From the IMG/VR virus record IMGVR_UViG_3300008451_000399, positions 1 to 64,000 of that record: a DNA stretch of 64,000 nt. One strand, 5' to 3'. This DNA comes from a virus. Made by a program: the position numbers and the translations under genes. Positions within the stretch are counted from its first letter, which is position 1, and the number at the start of each line of letters is the position of its first letter. The notes below the pieces were generated by a model. The model did no database searches and was not told the origin of the DNA. It was given only the letters and a program-made list of their open reading frames with translations. Of the stretch, positions 44,812 through 53,794 are shown in pieces.

Positions 44812-44981
44812 TTTAAATCTCCTTGTCCGTTAATTCTTCTACATTTAACACTTGTAAATTGTGTGGCTCCCACTCACTGCCATCGTAAGGTAGGTATTGA
44901 ATAAGTGTATTTACTGCATCCTCTGGTATATCATTATACCCTACATCTATTGTGCAGAGTACCCTGAATGTTTTATTCACA

Positions 44982-45185
44982 CTATTTCTCCTTAAACATA
45001 TAACTAAAAGCAGCTTTAGTTTTTATTTCATTAATCTTGCGTTTATCTTCATCTTCCATTGAGTTCCAGACATCAGGTGAGATGTAGGCTTCTTGGATAG
45101 AAACTTTCAATCCTTTTCGTTTCATCTCACAAGGACAATAAGTGTCTGTACCAGATGCTCCCATACATGCACATAAGTTCATCAC
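44982..45185 (-). CDS. small Cys-rich hypothetical protein
   Basis: CACMG......CPC motif. Confidence 0.55.
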   Translation of the reverse strand: MMNLCACMGASGTDTYCPCEMKRKGLKVSIQEAYISPDVWNSMEDEDKRKINEIKTKAAFSYMFKEK

Positions 45186-45369
45186 ACTTCATCCTCACAA
45201 ATCACTCTACCCTCTGGGTACATTTTAGCATTGATTGCTTCCCAAGCATCTAATTCTGTTTTAAAACGTCTACGGTCTTGATACCAAATATCTTCCCATA
45301 CCAGCAAAGCTTTGTATTGAGCTTTGAACATTCCATAGTTTGCAATAATTCTTACTTTCATAACACCTC

Positions 45370-45678
45370 CTAAAAATTAAAATGAAACCCTTTCATTTGC
45401 TCCCTCATTTGTTTCTCTACAGCAAACTGATTATGAATTACACTGATGTCCAAGTCAAGTGATTTCAAGTAACTTAATAAATCTGGTTCTTGCTTATAGT
45501 CAATCATTATACCATAGAAGTATTGCTTCACACCTACTGAGAAACCTTTGTCATCATACATTGCAATACCGTCTACAAGAGTTCCAAAGTTTCCTTGTGG
45601 TGATAGTGCAATCATACCATTCTCAAGGAATGTAATGTTAAGCGGTAGTGTTCCTAAGGGAGTTGTTATTTGTTGCAT
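45370..45678 (-). CDS. hypothetical protein
   Basis: 102-aa ORF with GAGG RBS. Confidence 0.55.
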   Translation of the reverse strand: MQQITTPLGTLPLNITFLENGMIALSPQGNFGTLVDGIAMYDDKGFSVGVKQYFYGIMIDYKQEPDLLSYLKSLDLDISVIHNQFAVEKQMREQMKGFHFNF

Positions 45679-45881
45679 ATAACCTCATCGAATAAAACTG
45701 TATTAAACCCTTTAGAATAACCTACTAAATACACTTCTGAATGCCAACTCCATACGTCAATGAAATTTACTTCGTATGTTTCTCCTACAGTTAAATACTC
45801 GTTAGCTCTGTCTTTGCAAGCTTGTAAGCCTTCTTTTGCAGTGTACACTACTTTAGTTCCTTTGGGTGAGTAGATGTTCAT
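45666..45881 (-). CDS. hypothetical protein (small beta domain)
   Basis: LTVGETYEV...FNTVLF pattern. Confidence 0.55.
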   Translation of the reverse strand: MNIYSPKGTKVVYTAKEGLQACKDRANEYLTVGETYEVNFIDVWSWHSEVYLVGYSKGFNTVLFDEVICNK

Positions 45882-46453
45882 TTATTTTCCTTCCCATGAC
45901 GGTCTGTGTATCCTGCACCCTGAGAGTTTAATTCTTCAATCATCTTCTGACGATGGATTACTGCATCTCTGAATGCAACCATGATTCCTAGTTTCTTTAC
46001 TGAAAATGATTTTGTCACTTTAGCTCCGTTTGTGAGATTACACCAAGAGGCTCTGACATATAACTCTTTTATCCAATTTTCTTGAAAAGTTACTCCAGTA
46101 ACACCAGAACTGTTTCTACTATTCATCTTACAGTTTCTAGCATTCTTAATTAACTCTATCACCCTCAAATTGGTTATAAAATTATTCAGAGAATTTCCGT
46201 CTCTATGATCTACGAGAAAACCCTCTGGAACTTTTCCTTTGAACATTTCCCAAACAATAATGTGAGCAGGACGTTTAATTCTTTTAACACAATTATACCA
46301 ATACCCATCTGTACCGATACTACCAGCAGCATCTCCAGATATAGCTATAAAGTTATTGTGATGTTTTGTATTAGTCCTACTGACTTTCCATCTTAAACAA
46401 CTAGGAGAAGTCTCATCATAATAGAACCAATCATTCCAATTAATCTTTTCCAT
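45878..46453 (-). CDS. HNH homing endonuclease
   Basis: YDETSPSCLRWK, AH.IVWE...VDHRDGN.LNN...NLR, N.SG.TGV, FS..K.G. Confidence 0.88.
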   Translation of the reverse strand: MEKINWNDWFYYDETSPSCLRWKVSRTNTKHHNNFIAISGDAAGSIGTDGYWYNCVKRIKRPAHIIVWEMFKGKVPEGFLVDHRDGNSLNNFITNLRVIELIKNARNCKMNSRNSSGVTGVTFQENWIKELYVRASWCNLTNGAKVTKSFSVKKLGIMVAFRDAVIHRQKMIEELNSQGAGYTDRHGKENK

Positions 46454-47486
46454 ACTGTTCTTTCAGCCAATCAATAGAGACAAACACAGGGTTATAGCTT
46501 CCGTTTTTGACACCATGCTTTAATACCACTCCACGCCAATGCTTGTTGCCCTGTACACCCTTGTAATCTTCCTCATGCTCGTAGTAAGAACCACACTGTA
46601 AACCCCACTGTTGCGTACCATCTACTTGTAAGAATCGTGTAGCAACATCTAGCGTCTGTTTGTGCCCAACACTGAACGATTTTCCGATTGTCTTCAGCAT
46701 TGTGGCTGCATTTCCACCAAGCGGTTTGCCATTCATTACATTCTGTAGATAATGAACGTAGTGTACACCACCAACATTAATTGGGGTTAGAAATGGAATC
46801 ACCTCCCACCCAAACTCTTCATACTTTAAGTCTGAGATACTTAAAAAGCCATGTAAAGCTGGTGTGGCATCTACATACCGATTAATCCTGTTCTCATGAT
46901 TTCCCAAAGTCAGAATAAGTCGTGGTTTGTATTTAATCACTCCAAACTCTTCTAACTCTGCTTGTTGTAAGTTGTATAAAGGTTCTAATAAAGCTTCCAT
47001 TCCTTCGATAGCTGAGTTAATATCTTCTTGCACTCGCTTACCTTCAGCAGACTTCTTACCTTTATCGTACTCGGATAAAGACTCCATGTCAGCATGATCG
47101 CCAGCATGAATAATTACATCTGGTTTCTTGCGCACAATATACTGTCCAAGCCATTTCAGGTAGTCTAAAGAGATATTAGGCTTACATTGTGTGTCTGGAA
47201 TGAATAAATGAGTACCTTCTTGTTTTGTCGAGTCTGTGTCAATTTTGAATACCGATTCATAACTAACTGACTCCTTATCAGCAACAACACTAGCTTGTTC
47301 ATACATCTCATCAACCCGCTTAACAGCATCAGTGTCATCATCCACTTTATCACGCATCTTATAATACTCTCGCAAGAAATCTGAACACGTGCTTTTTGGC
47401 ACATCCAATTCTCGTGCAATACCACGCCAAGATAATGCGCCAGTTTCCGCTAACTTGATTGCATCTAATTGCCATTCTTTATTCAT
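46440..47486 (-). CDS. calcineurin-like metallophosphoesterase with N-terminal HTH
   Basis: IPDTQ, AGDHAD, LGNHE.R, H, VGH.Q motifs. Confidence 0.85.
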   Translation of the reverse strand: MNKEWQLDAIKLAETGALSWRGIARELDVPKSTCSDFLREYYKMRDKVDDDTDAVKRVDEMYEQASVVADKESVSYESVFKIDTDSTKQEGTHLFIPDTQCKPNISLDYLKWLGQYIVRKKPDVIIHAGDHADMESLSEYDKGKKSAEGKRVQEDINSAIEGMEALLEPLYNLQQAELEEFGVIKYKPRLILTLGNHENRINRYVDATPALHGFLSISDLKYEEFGWEVIPFLTPINVGGVHYVHYLQNVMNGKPLGGNAATMLKTIGKSFSVGHKQTLDVATRFLQVDGTQQWGLQCGSYYEHEEDYKGVQGNKHWRGVVLKHGVKNGSYNPVFVSIDWLKEQYGKD

Positions 47487-47674
47487 ACATTCTCCTCATC
47501 AATAATACAACCTAATTCAAACTCATAACTATCTAATGCAGTTAACATAACATCATAAACACTGGCTACAACATATGGGTCACATAAATCAATAGGGTGT
47601 TGTAATTCTATACTGGAAGTAACTTCCCCAACAGTCCACGTCTTCTTTACCTTGAAGTATTGCTTATCACTCAT
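47483..47674 (-). CDS. hypothetical protein
   Basis: 63-aa ORF with ATGA overlaps. Confidence 0.5.
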   Translation of the reverse strand: MSDKQYFKVKKTWTVGEVTSSIELQHPIDLCDPYVVASVYDVMLTALDSYEFELGCIIDEENV

Positions 47675-48258
47675 ACACTTACTCCTTTCAAAATAGCCCT
47701 AACAGCTTCCTTGCGATTTGGGGCATTGTTTGTATTGTACTCGTTATGCCAATTATAGTCAAGTATGAACTGAACAATATCTTCTTTCTTTTCGTTCTTA
47801 AAAATAGCTATTAGCTCTTTCTCCAGTCTAGCATCTTCAAAAGTAATTCCATGACCTTGCGCATAAGTTATAATCCCGTGGCACTCTTTACAGGCAATAC
47901 GTAACCAAGAGTCATCTACATAGTACAAGTGCTTGGCATAAGCTTCAATGTCCTCTATAGACCGTAGAGAACCTTCATCTCCAATATGATCTACTTCAAC
48001 AGACTTATCAAATGGAAACTGCTTCCCACAAATCTCACAGTCGATCTTGTTAATCTCTGGGAACCTTTTCATTGATTTAGGGTTAGTGTTCTTAACTTTA
48101 TACTTCTTAGAGTTCTTGTAATTGGTCTTAATAGCATAGTTACTCCAACCTTTTCTCAAAACTCCACGAAGCCAGTTAAGCCACTTACCTTCAGTCTTCC
48201 AAGGATTACCTTCTACTTCCCAAGGGAGGATTTCAGGACGCTTCATAGTTCCAACCAC
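47671..48258 (-). CDS. HNH-type endonuclease (replication/recombination cluster)
   Basis: WLRG.LR..W, CEICG...VEVDH...L...CK.CH. Confidence 0.75.
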   Translation of the reverse strand: MVGTMKRPEILPWEVEGNPWKTEGKWLNWLRGVLRKGWSNYAIKTNYKNSKKYKVKNTNPKSMKRFPEINKIDCEICGKQFPFDKSVEVDHIGDEGSLRSIEDIEAYAKHLYYVDDSWLRIACKECHGIITYAQGHGITFEDARLEKELIAIFKNEKKEDIVQFILDYNWHNEYNTNNAPNRKEAVRAILKGVSV

Positions 48259-48427
48259 CTTTCTCGTAGCTACTCATACAAGCCTTGTCAATTTCCCACA
48301 AATGCTCAGACACTTCTAAAGATATTCCAGCGTTCCATTCTTCAGGCATTGCACATAAGCTCATAGCTTCTCGTTTAGCCATATCTTCAAATAGCATCCA
48401 TGCAGGTATTACGTTGTTCCAGCTCAT
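48233..48427 (-). CDS. hypothetical protein
   Basis: 64-aa ORF. Confidence 0.5.
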   Translation of the reverse strand: MSWNNVIPAWMLFEDMAKREAMSLCAMPEEWNAGISLEVSEHLWEIDKACMSSYEKGGWNYEAS

Positions 48428-49431
48428 TGTTGTCCTTTTAGTTTCTTCAACACATCCGAAGCCACAACAACATCACCATCATAACGTAACATTCGACACA
48501 TGTCAAAACATTCGTTCATAACATATTCCCAATCAATAAGAATGTCGTCACCTCTCCAGCCTATTACATTCTTAGGTTCAGGATAAAGCTTCTTAAACAC
48601 TTTCTCAATATTCAGCCAAACTTCTTTATCATTCTTTGATTCATGTAACGCATTGAAAGCAGATACATCAGCCCACTTTAAATCTGAGAAACAGTTAGCA
48701 GCATAGTTATCTGAAGTGTCGTTCGAGCATAGTTGGAAGTAGTTGAACATCCTACCATAACCACGTACATCACCTTTCTCGTTACGCCAAAGTTTGCCAA
48801 AACAATCTCCGTTAATAATACCTTCGTCTACGCGATTAACATTGAAGAATCTGACAGGGCATCCGTAGAAATCTTTATCAACCCCTGTGACAATATTGTT
48901 GGGTTGTTTGTAGGCTTCTTGTACCACTCTATCATCATTCTCAATGTTTGTCACAATCTCTGCATCATATTTCTTTGCGAGGTACTCTGACACATCGTTC
49001 AAGAATAGTGCCTTTAAGGAGTCTGTTCTGTTCCCCTTATACTTCATCAGAGTAGATCGTTGCACACGAAAGCTCTCACCTTTACCTACGAATGCTTTAT
49101 ATTGTGTTGTACCTAGATTGTACAGCGCAGCTTCTACCATTGATTTTGCTGTGTGTAGTACATTCTCAATAGGCTCTGGAGTTTGAATATCTGTGATTGT
49201 AAAGTCTGTATAGAGCCAATCTTTACCTTGAGCCTTGTTGAATTCCCCAAGCCACCCTTCATCTTTAGACTTCTTACGCCCATACATCTCTGTACGTGTT
49301 GCAAATTCAAACTCATCCCCTGTTGTGTTATGCACAGCTTTAATGCTGCGCTTTTCTCCTACAGAAGCGGCTGTATACTTGCACCAATCTAAGTCCAGAA
49401 TCGCTGTTAGTTTAGTCATCATCATCTCCAA
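48424..49431 (-). CDS. 5'-3' exonuclease (T7 gp6-like)
   Basis: ILDLD, FR.......YKGNR, ENDD, DKD, D.SDN motifs. Confidence 0.85.
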   Translation of the reverse strand: MEMMMTKLTAILDLDWCKYTAASVGEKRSIKAVHNTTGDEFEFATRTEMYGRKKSKDEGWLGEFNKAQGKDWLYTDFTITDIQTPEPIENVLHTAKSMVEAALYNLGTTQYKAFVGKGESFRVQRSTLMKYKGNRTDSLKALFLNDVSEYLAKKYDAEIVTNIENDDRVVQEAYKQPNNIVTGVDKDFYGCPVRFFNVNRVDEGIINGDCFGKLWRNEKGDVRGYGRMFNYFQLCSNDTSDNYAANCFSDLKWADVSAFNALHESKNDKEVWLNIEKVFKKLYPEPKNVIGWRGDDILIDWEYVMNECFDMCRMLRYDGDVVVASDVLKKLKGQQ

Positions 49432-49630
49432 ACAATTCTTCCTGAGTAAAACTCTCCTTGATAAACCACTTCAACGCTTCGCTTCCAACCAACTCTCGCA
49501 CAGCATCGAACATATCTGAGCCTAAACTTCTAGCTTCATCATTGTTCAATAAACCTGATTCAATTGTTGCACGAAACTCTGAAACCTTAAGCTCTAAATA
49601 ACCACTACACTGAATAACATCAAATTCCAT
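49412..49630 (-). CDS. hypothetical protein
   Basis: 72-aa ORF with AGGAGA RBS. Confidence 0.55.
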   Translation of the reverse strand: MEFDVIQCSGYLELKVSEFRATIESGLLNNDEARSLGSDMFDAVRELVGSEALKWFIKESFTQEELFGDDDD

Positions 49631-49644
49631 ATTCTTCTCCTTAT

Positions 49645-49683
49645 AAAACTAAAAGCCCCCACCCCACGAGGAGCAAGGGCTTT
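49645..49683 (-). terminator. rho-independent terminator after SSB
   Basis: aaagccc...gggcttt stem with a T-run on - strand. Confidence 0.6.
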
Positions 49684-49713
49684 GTCAAGCTACATCAAAT
49701 AGTTGTTATAATA

Positions 49714-50367
49714 CTAAAACGGTGCTAGTTCATCGTCTGTATCTACAGGAACTTCTTTAGCTTTCTTAGCTGGAGCAGCCTTCTCAGGACGTGCTTCAAG
49801 AACTTCTTTACGAGGAGCTTCTGTCTTCACTGGCTTAGAGCCAAACTCATCACCCGCCTTACCACTACCACCTGAAGATTCATACTCAATGAAATTATCC
49901 TCTTCCATTAAAACATTCTGCAAACGAGCAAATGTACCGAAGTCATTTGTAGAGATGTAATACGACACTTTACCAAATGAGCCATTAGCAATCAAACGAC
50001 TTTGACCAATCTCTGTACGATTGCCTTCTGCGTCATCTACAAACACCTTTGGACGGAACTCTTCATCCACTGGCACACCATCATTTGTAGCTTGACGTTT
50101 GAGTTTAATGCCAAAGACATTCTTCTCATTCTTCAAAGAATCAGGTACAGGAATCTTGTATTTAGCTTCAAATTCAGAAGATTTAATCTTCTTAGCTGGT
50201 TGCTTTTTAAATTGCTCATTCCATTCATCTGCTGTATCTTCATCTACGATAACTTCAATACTCCACTCTTTGTCTGTACTCTGGTATTTTGTATCTGGCT
50301 GTCCCACTTTAGCGTAGACGAAAGTACCTTCGATAGTACCATATTGAGATTTTTGTTTAGTTGCCAT
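49714..50367 (-). CDS. single-stranded DNA-binding protein (T7 gp2.5-like)
   Basis: YAK...PDTKY, P.V.D..G...IANGS.G.V, acidic C-terminus ending in PF. Confidence 0.8.
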   Translation of the reverse strand: MATKQKSQYGTIEGTFVYAKVGQPDTKYQSTDKEWSIEVIVDEDTADEWNEQFKKQPAKKIKSSEFEAKYKIPVPDSLKNEKNVFGIKLKRQATNDGVPVDEEFRPKVFVDDAEGNRTEIGQSRLIANGSFGKVSYYISTNDFGTFARLQNVLMEEDNFIEYESSGGSGKAGDEFGSKPVKTEAPRKEVLEARPEKAAPAKKAKEVPVDTDDELAPF

Positions 50368-50448
50368 TATTTAGTTTCCTTTATAGAAATTGCTTATTAG
50401 ATTTTCGTAGAGCACTTGCCTAAAGACACTACGCTGCCTTGTTAATTC

Positions 50449-50525
50449 TGGTGTACCGTGTGTGATTTGAACACACGACCTTGGTGTTATGAGCACCCTG
50501 CTACTGACCTCTGAGCTAACGGTAC
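50449..50525 (-). tRNA. tRNA with CAU anticodon, probably tRNA-Ile2
   Basis: GTACCGT/ACGGTAC acceptor, A73, encoded CCA, CTCATAA loop, TTCAAAT T-loop; C4:G69 and C5:G68 favour Ile2 over Met. Confidence 0.88.
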
Positions 50526-50527
50526 AA

Positions 50528-50605
50528 TGGTGACACTGGCAGGAGTCGAACCTGCGACCTATGGAGTAGAAATCCACTGCTCTAAATCCTCTGAGCTACA
50601 GTGCC
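50528..50605 (-). tRNA. tRNA-Arg(UCU)
   Basis: GGCACTG/CAGTGTC acceptor, GTGGA-TTTCTAC-TCCAT anticodon arm, TTCGACT T-loop, CCA. Confidence 0.9.
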
Positions 50606-50616
50606 ATTGAAACGAT

Positions 50617-50645
50617 ATTATATACCACCTAAAAATTATTTGCAA
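50617..50645 (-). promoter_or_regulatory. sigma70-type promoter (TTGCAA-17-TATAAT) for tRNAs and SSB
   Basis: ttgcaa at 50640-50645 and attata at 50617-50622. Confidence 0.75.
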
Positions 50646-50658
50646 GCTTTATTTCACT

Positions 50659-50961
50659 TTAATTGCTGTAAGCACCGATGCGTTTCTCAAATTTATTTTT
50701 TAATCGTTCATACTCTTTTCGTTCATTCTCCTGAATACGTACTAGGAGTTCCATCTCCTTACGGGATACCTCTTCAACTTCCTCTTTAGTTTGTTCTCGC
50801 TCTAATTCAATACAAAAAGATGTGTCGTAGTCCCAACGAAAGAGGAAGTCTATTCTGGCATTTTCATCATACCTTTGCAAAACTTCTACAGCTTGCTTAA
50901 TCGTCATTGAGTTAATTGACAAATCTTCTGCTAATACTGACTTAATCATTTCTGGTTTCAT
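50659..50961 (-). CDS. hypothetical protein
   Basis: 100 aa; ER..YERLK.KFE tail. Confidence 0.6.
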   Translation of the reverse strand: MKPEMIKSVLAEDLSINSMTIKQAVEVLQRYDENARIDFLFRWDYDTSFCIELEREQTKEEVEEVSRKEMELLVRIQENERKEYERLKNKFEKRIGAYSN

Positions 50962-51149
50962 GCTAGCTCCTTTACTATTTTATTCAAAACATCATCTACA
51001 GATTGTCCTAATACATCACAAGCATTAAATTGGAAGTAAATTGGGTTGAGTGAGATACAGGCATCTTTCTCCCACAGGTCAATGTCAGTTATGGTTAGAC
51101 GTGATAGGAGGTAGTTGTACTTGACTTCTATAGTTGGTTTAGTATTCAT
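50958..51149 (-). CDS. hypothetical protein
   Basis: 63-aa ORF. Confidence 0.5.
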   Translation of the reverse strand: MNTKPTIEVKYNYLLSRLTITDIDLWEKDACISLNPIYFQFNACDVLGQSVDDVLNKIVKELA

Positions 51150-51387
51150 CAGGTACTTTCATGTCAACAGTGATATCTGTGTCAAACATTTTTAATCGTT
51201 TGTCTCCACGATTTGTAATGTAATCTAATACAATCCCATAAGCTTGAAACACTTTATCCTGATATACTAACTGTTCATTCACTGTCGTATTAGGGATTTT
51301 AACTCTGGAAGCATCTGCAAACAACTTAGCACGGACGATTTCTTCCATTATATCTTCATTTGAATGTTTTGTAAAATCAATTTTCAT
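51139..51387 (-). CDS. hypothetical protein
   Basis: 82-aa ORF with AGGAGA RBS. Confidence 0.55.
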   Translation of the reverse strand: MKIDFTKHSNEDIMEEIVRAKLFADASRVKIPNTTVNEQLVYQDKVFQAYGIVLDYITNRGDKRLKMFDTDITVDMKVPDEY

Positions 51388-51408
51388 ACTTTCTCCTTAA
51401 TATGTCTG

Positions 51409-51684
51409 TCATGTAAATATACTGTGAACAATAATAACATTATTGTTAAACTCTAAGTGGAACTTACTTATAGAATTAAACACAGATGTCCAGCTTTTAG
51501 GTATATCCTCTCCATTCTGTAAAGCTATCCTCACAAAAGCACTAGGACGTAGTGCAGGATGTTGAAGTATATCAGTGAATACTTTGTCTGTCACAACATA
51601 CGCACCCTCTGGAAGTTTTTCAAAATAATCTAAAGCATTGAATGTACACTTCTTTAAATTTTCTCCAAGTTCTTCAACATTCAT
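51409..51684 (-). CDS. hypothetical protein
   Basis: 91-aa ORF with AGGAGA RBS. Confidence 0.55.
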   Translation of the reverse strand: MNVEELGENLKKCTFNALDYFEKLPEGAYVVTDKVFTDILQHPALRPSAFVRIALQNGEDIPKSWTSVFNSISKFHLEFNNNVIIVHSIFT

Positions 51685-51953
51685 GGCTTCTCCTTCGTAA
51701 TAAACCTACTATGAATCCACATACCCAACATTGCCCCAAGCCCACTTCCAGTGCCTATCCAAAACACTAACCAACCCCATCCATGCTTGCTAATTACTGT
51801 AATAGTCCAAACTTCAAGTGCTCCCATCATTAGAGATACTGGAAGGATTAGCATGTAGTGTTTACCAGCGACTGATAATTGTTGAAATGCTTTGAGTGCA
51901 ACGAAGCAGAAGCTTGCAAAGAATGCTAGGAAGTACATTGCAGGTGGATTCAT
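51681..51953 (-). CDS. three-TM membrane protein
   Basis: F.FV.LKAFQQL.V...Y...G.G.GLGA...M.IH. Confidence 0.65.
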   Translation of the reverse strand: MNPPAMYFLAFFASFCFVALKAFQQLSVAGKHYMLILPVSLMMGALEVWTITVISKHGWGWLVFWIGTGSGLGAMLGMWIHSRFITKEKP

Positions 51954-52672
51954 TTAAAATCCTTAGCATAATAATGTCTAGGGTTCTTCTCCTTGTGCAA
52001 CTCCTTCAACTGCTTCACCATTGGAGTAAGAGCCTTGTAAGCCTCTAATTGCCCTGTACACAGTGGTCGATCATCAATCAATGTACCTGCTGCTTGTGCT
52101 GATAAAATGATGTCACAATTAGCTCCAATCGCGCCAAAGTGATTTACACCATCGACTTCATCCACCACTTCACCCATCTTAATCTTATCAAGGTGACGTT
52201 GAATAGCATCTAAGTAGATTGACATAACAACTTCTGTTCCAATGTAGTTTGCCAAACCGTACTTCTCAGCTCCGTTCAATTTTCCAAGGGCTACATGAGC
52301 TGAAAACAAAGGACTAATCATTCCCATTGGGAGTGCATGTGAGCCTATTTGTGCTTTGGGATTCACTGCGTTAGAGTTTACTTCCACTTGCTCAGGTGTT
52401 CCTGTTCCAAAATTCTTTAATAACACAAATCCTTGACTTTCCAAGTATTTCTCATAAGTAATTACCTTTGAGTCATATTCTCGCACATAGAATCTCTTAG
52501 GTGAATATTCTGGATGATCTCCACCAATAGATATACAACACTCGTCTGTGTAAGGTAGTGATTCAAACTTATTTTTAATACCACATTCAAGAAACCACAC
52601 TTGATTAGCTTCTTCTACTGTATCTACTCGTACTACTGTGTCGTAATTCATAATTCCTCCTATTAATTCCAA
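51950..52672 (-). CDS. dATP/dGTP diphosphohydrolase-like (DUF5664) protein with an N-terminal extra domain
   Basis: NPK...G...P......GA.KYG..NY......YLDAI.RHL......E..D...G..H.....AN...DDRP. Confidence 0.75.
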   Translation of the reverse strand: MELIGGIMNYDTVVRVDTVEEANQVWFLECGIKNKFESLPYTDECCISIGGDHPEYSPKRFYVREYDSKVITYEKYLESQGFVLLKNFGTGTPEQVEVNSNAVNPKAQIGSHALPMGMISPLFSAHVALGKLNGAEKYGLANYIGTEVVMSIYLDAIQRHLDKIKMGEVVDEVDGVNHFGAIGANCDIILSAQAAGTLIDDRPLCTGQLEAYKALTPMVKQLKELHKEKNPRHYYAKDFK

Positions 52673-53013
52673 CTACGGTGACGTTCTTTTACAGATTCCA
52701 GACCATCGTAATCGTCAATCTCCCACTCGATACCATCTGGAATTTCTACAACTCTTAACTCAGCATGATCACCACTTGCCTCATTAACACCCAGAGACTC
52801 TACAGCTTCTACTAATAGGGGATCATTTCGTTCTGTCTCGTGGAGATATCCATAGAATTCTTTCTGACTCAACATTTCAATGGCTTCCTTACTACCACGA
52901 TTTGCCATATATTGCACAGCTTCTTTTGATAGTGAGAAGCCTCCAAAACACCGATTGATAACTACTTTCATAATTTCTCCTACTTTATTTAAATAAACTT
53001 TTAATGTTCTCAC
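52663..53013 (-). CDS. conserved phage hypothetical protein
   Basis: KVVINRCFGGFSLS...RNDPLLV..VE.LG...VVEIPD...WEI..YDG.E.V. Confidence 0.7.
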   Translation of the reverse strand: MRTLKVYLNKVGEIMKVVINRCFGGFSLSKEAVQYMANRGSKEAIEMLSQKEFYGYLHETERNDPLLVEAVESLGVNEASGDHAELRVVEIPDGIEWEIDDYDGLESVKERHRSWN

Positions 53014-53170
53014 AATCTATCAACTTAGGAGTGCGAATCGGATTGTTAGAGTATAACTCAAAGTACATCCGTTGCTTTGCAAACAGCCTCTGTTCAGGTG
53101 TAACTTCTTCGTAAGGTACATTGAATAATTCTGATGCATGTTGTCGGTGCAAGTCTATATGTTCACTCAT
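52985..53170 (-). CDS. hypothetical protein resembling the PolA fingers segment
   Basis: DLH...ASELF.VP.EEVTPEQR..AK...F...Y. Confidence 0.55.
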   Translation of the reverse strand: MSEHIDLHRQHASELFNVPYEEVTPEQRLFAKQRMYFELYSNNPIRTPKLIDCENIKSLFK

Positions 53171-53201
53171 AATTCCTCCTTCTGTTTAGTTAATAAATGA
53201 C

Positions 53202-53230
53202 ATTATAGAGCGTTTTCATGGGTGTGTCAA
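53202..53230 (-). promoter_or_regulatory. consensus sigma70 promoter (TTGACA-17-TATAAT)
   Basis: tgtcaa at 53225-53230 and attata at 53202-53207. Confidence 0.8.
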
Positions 53231-53236
53231 GCAATA

Positions 53237-53551
53237 TCAATGACATGTAGCCCAATTCGTCCCAATCATGTAACCTGCTGTCAGTTCCACATTCAACTTG
53301 TAATACTCTCCAGCTAGTCTTACAGCTTTAGTTGCAAGCTCCCCTGCACGATTATATGCTACATAGTACATCTTATCTGTGTGCATGACATCACTCCACA
53401 CTCTGTCAGTTTGTGCCTCTTTAAATGCTTTAGCAGCAGCTTCTGCCTTCTTTTCGGCTTGCTTTCTCAACTCTTTATCACTACCTTCATACTCTATTTT
53501 AAACGTCTTAAATTCAACGTCAGAGCGTCTTACCTCGTACTGCGCTTCGTC
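53237..53551 (-). CDS. DNA polymerase (family A), exon 2
   Basis: Starts DEAQYEV, completing motif C; ends L.AGY.IG.NWA.CH. Confidence 0.9.
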   Translation of the reverse strand, partial: DEAQYEVRRSDVEFKTFKIEYEGSDKELRKQAEKKAEAAAKAFKEAQTDRVWSDVMHTDKMYYVAYNRAGELATKAVRLAGEYYKLNVELTAGYMIGTNWATCH

Positions 53552-53794
53552 CTTGTAATTGTACACTCGTTACGTGTTTCGTTATTTTCATAACTAATTG
53601 GACTATATCACCACCCTGACAGGGTGCTCACCGTTTCGAGTTCACTTGAACCCTACTCCATCTCTGGATAGTCTCTGGGCATTTAGGAAGCAAGCTTCCA
53701 TTTAGCACAGTGGTTAGCGTAGCTCCCGCCTTAGCTTTCCCTGTTTAGATGAGTTATCATTTACAGATTACTCTGTAAAGCCACAACAATGTTT
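53552..53794 (-). mobile_element. group I intron (IA2-like, 243 nt, no ORF) in the DNA polymerase gene
   Basis: 5' splice after U (CAU), terminal G, R element CAGAGACUA (53669-53677), S element GAUAUAGUCC (53600-53609), P2, P3, P7.1, P7.2, P8 and P9 stems; splicing restores IAYH-DEAQ. Confidence 0.92.

Noticed and set aside
50371-50577. 68-aa ORF upstream of ssb
   Set aside because: It overlaps both tRNA genes and is a shadow ORF.
50528-50605. Possible amber suppressor tRNA (CTA appears in the anticodon loop) or stop-codon recoding
   Set aside because: The stem GTGGA/TCCAT frames the loop TT-TCT-AC, so the anticodon is UCU (Arg). Long genes are intact under the standard code and TAG is used as a stop.
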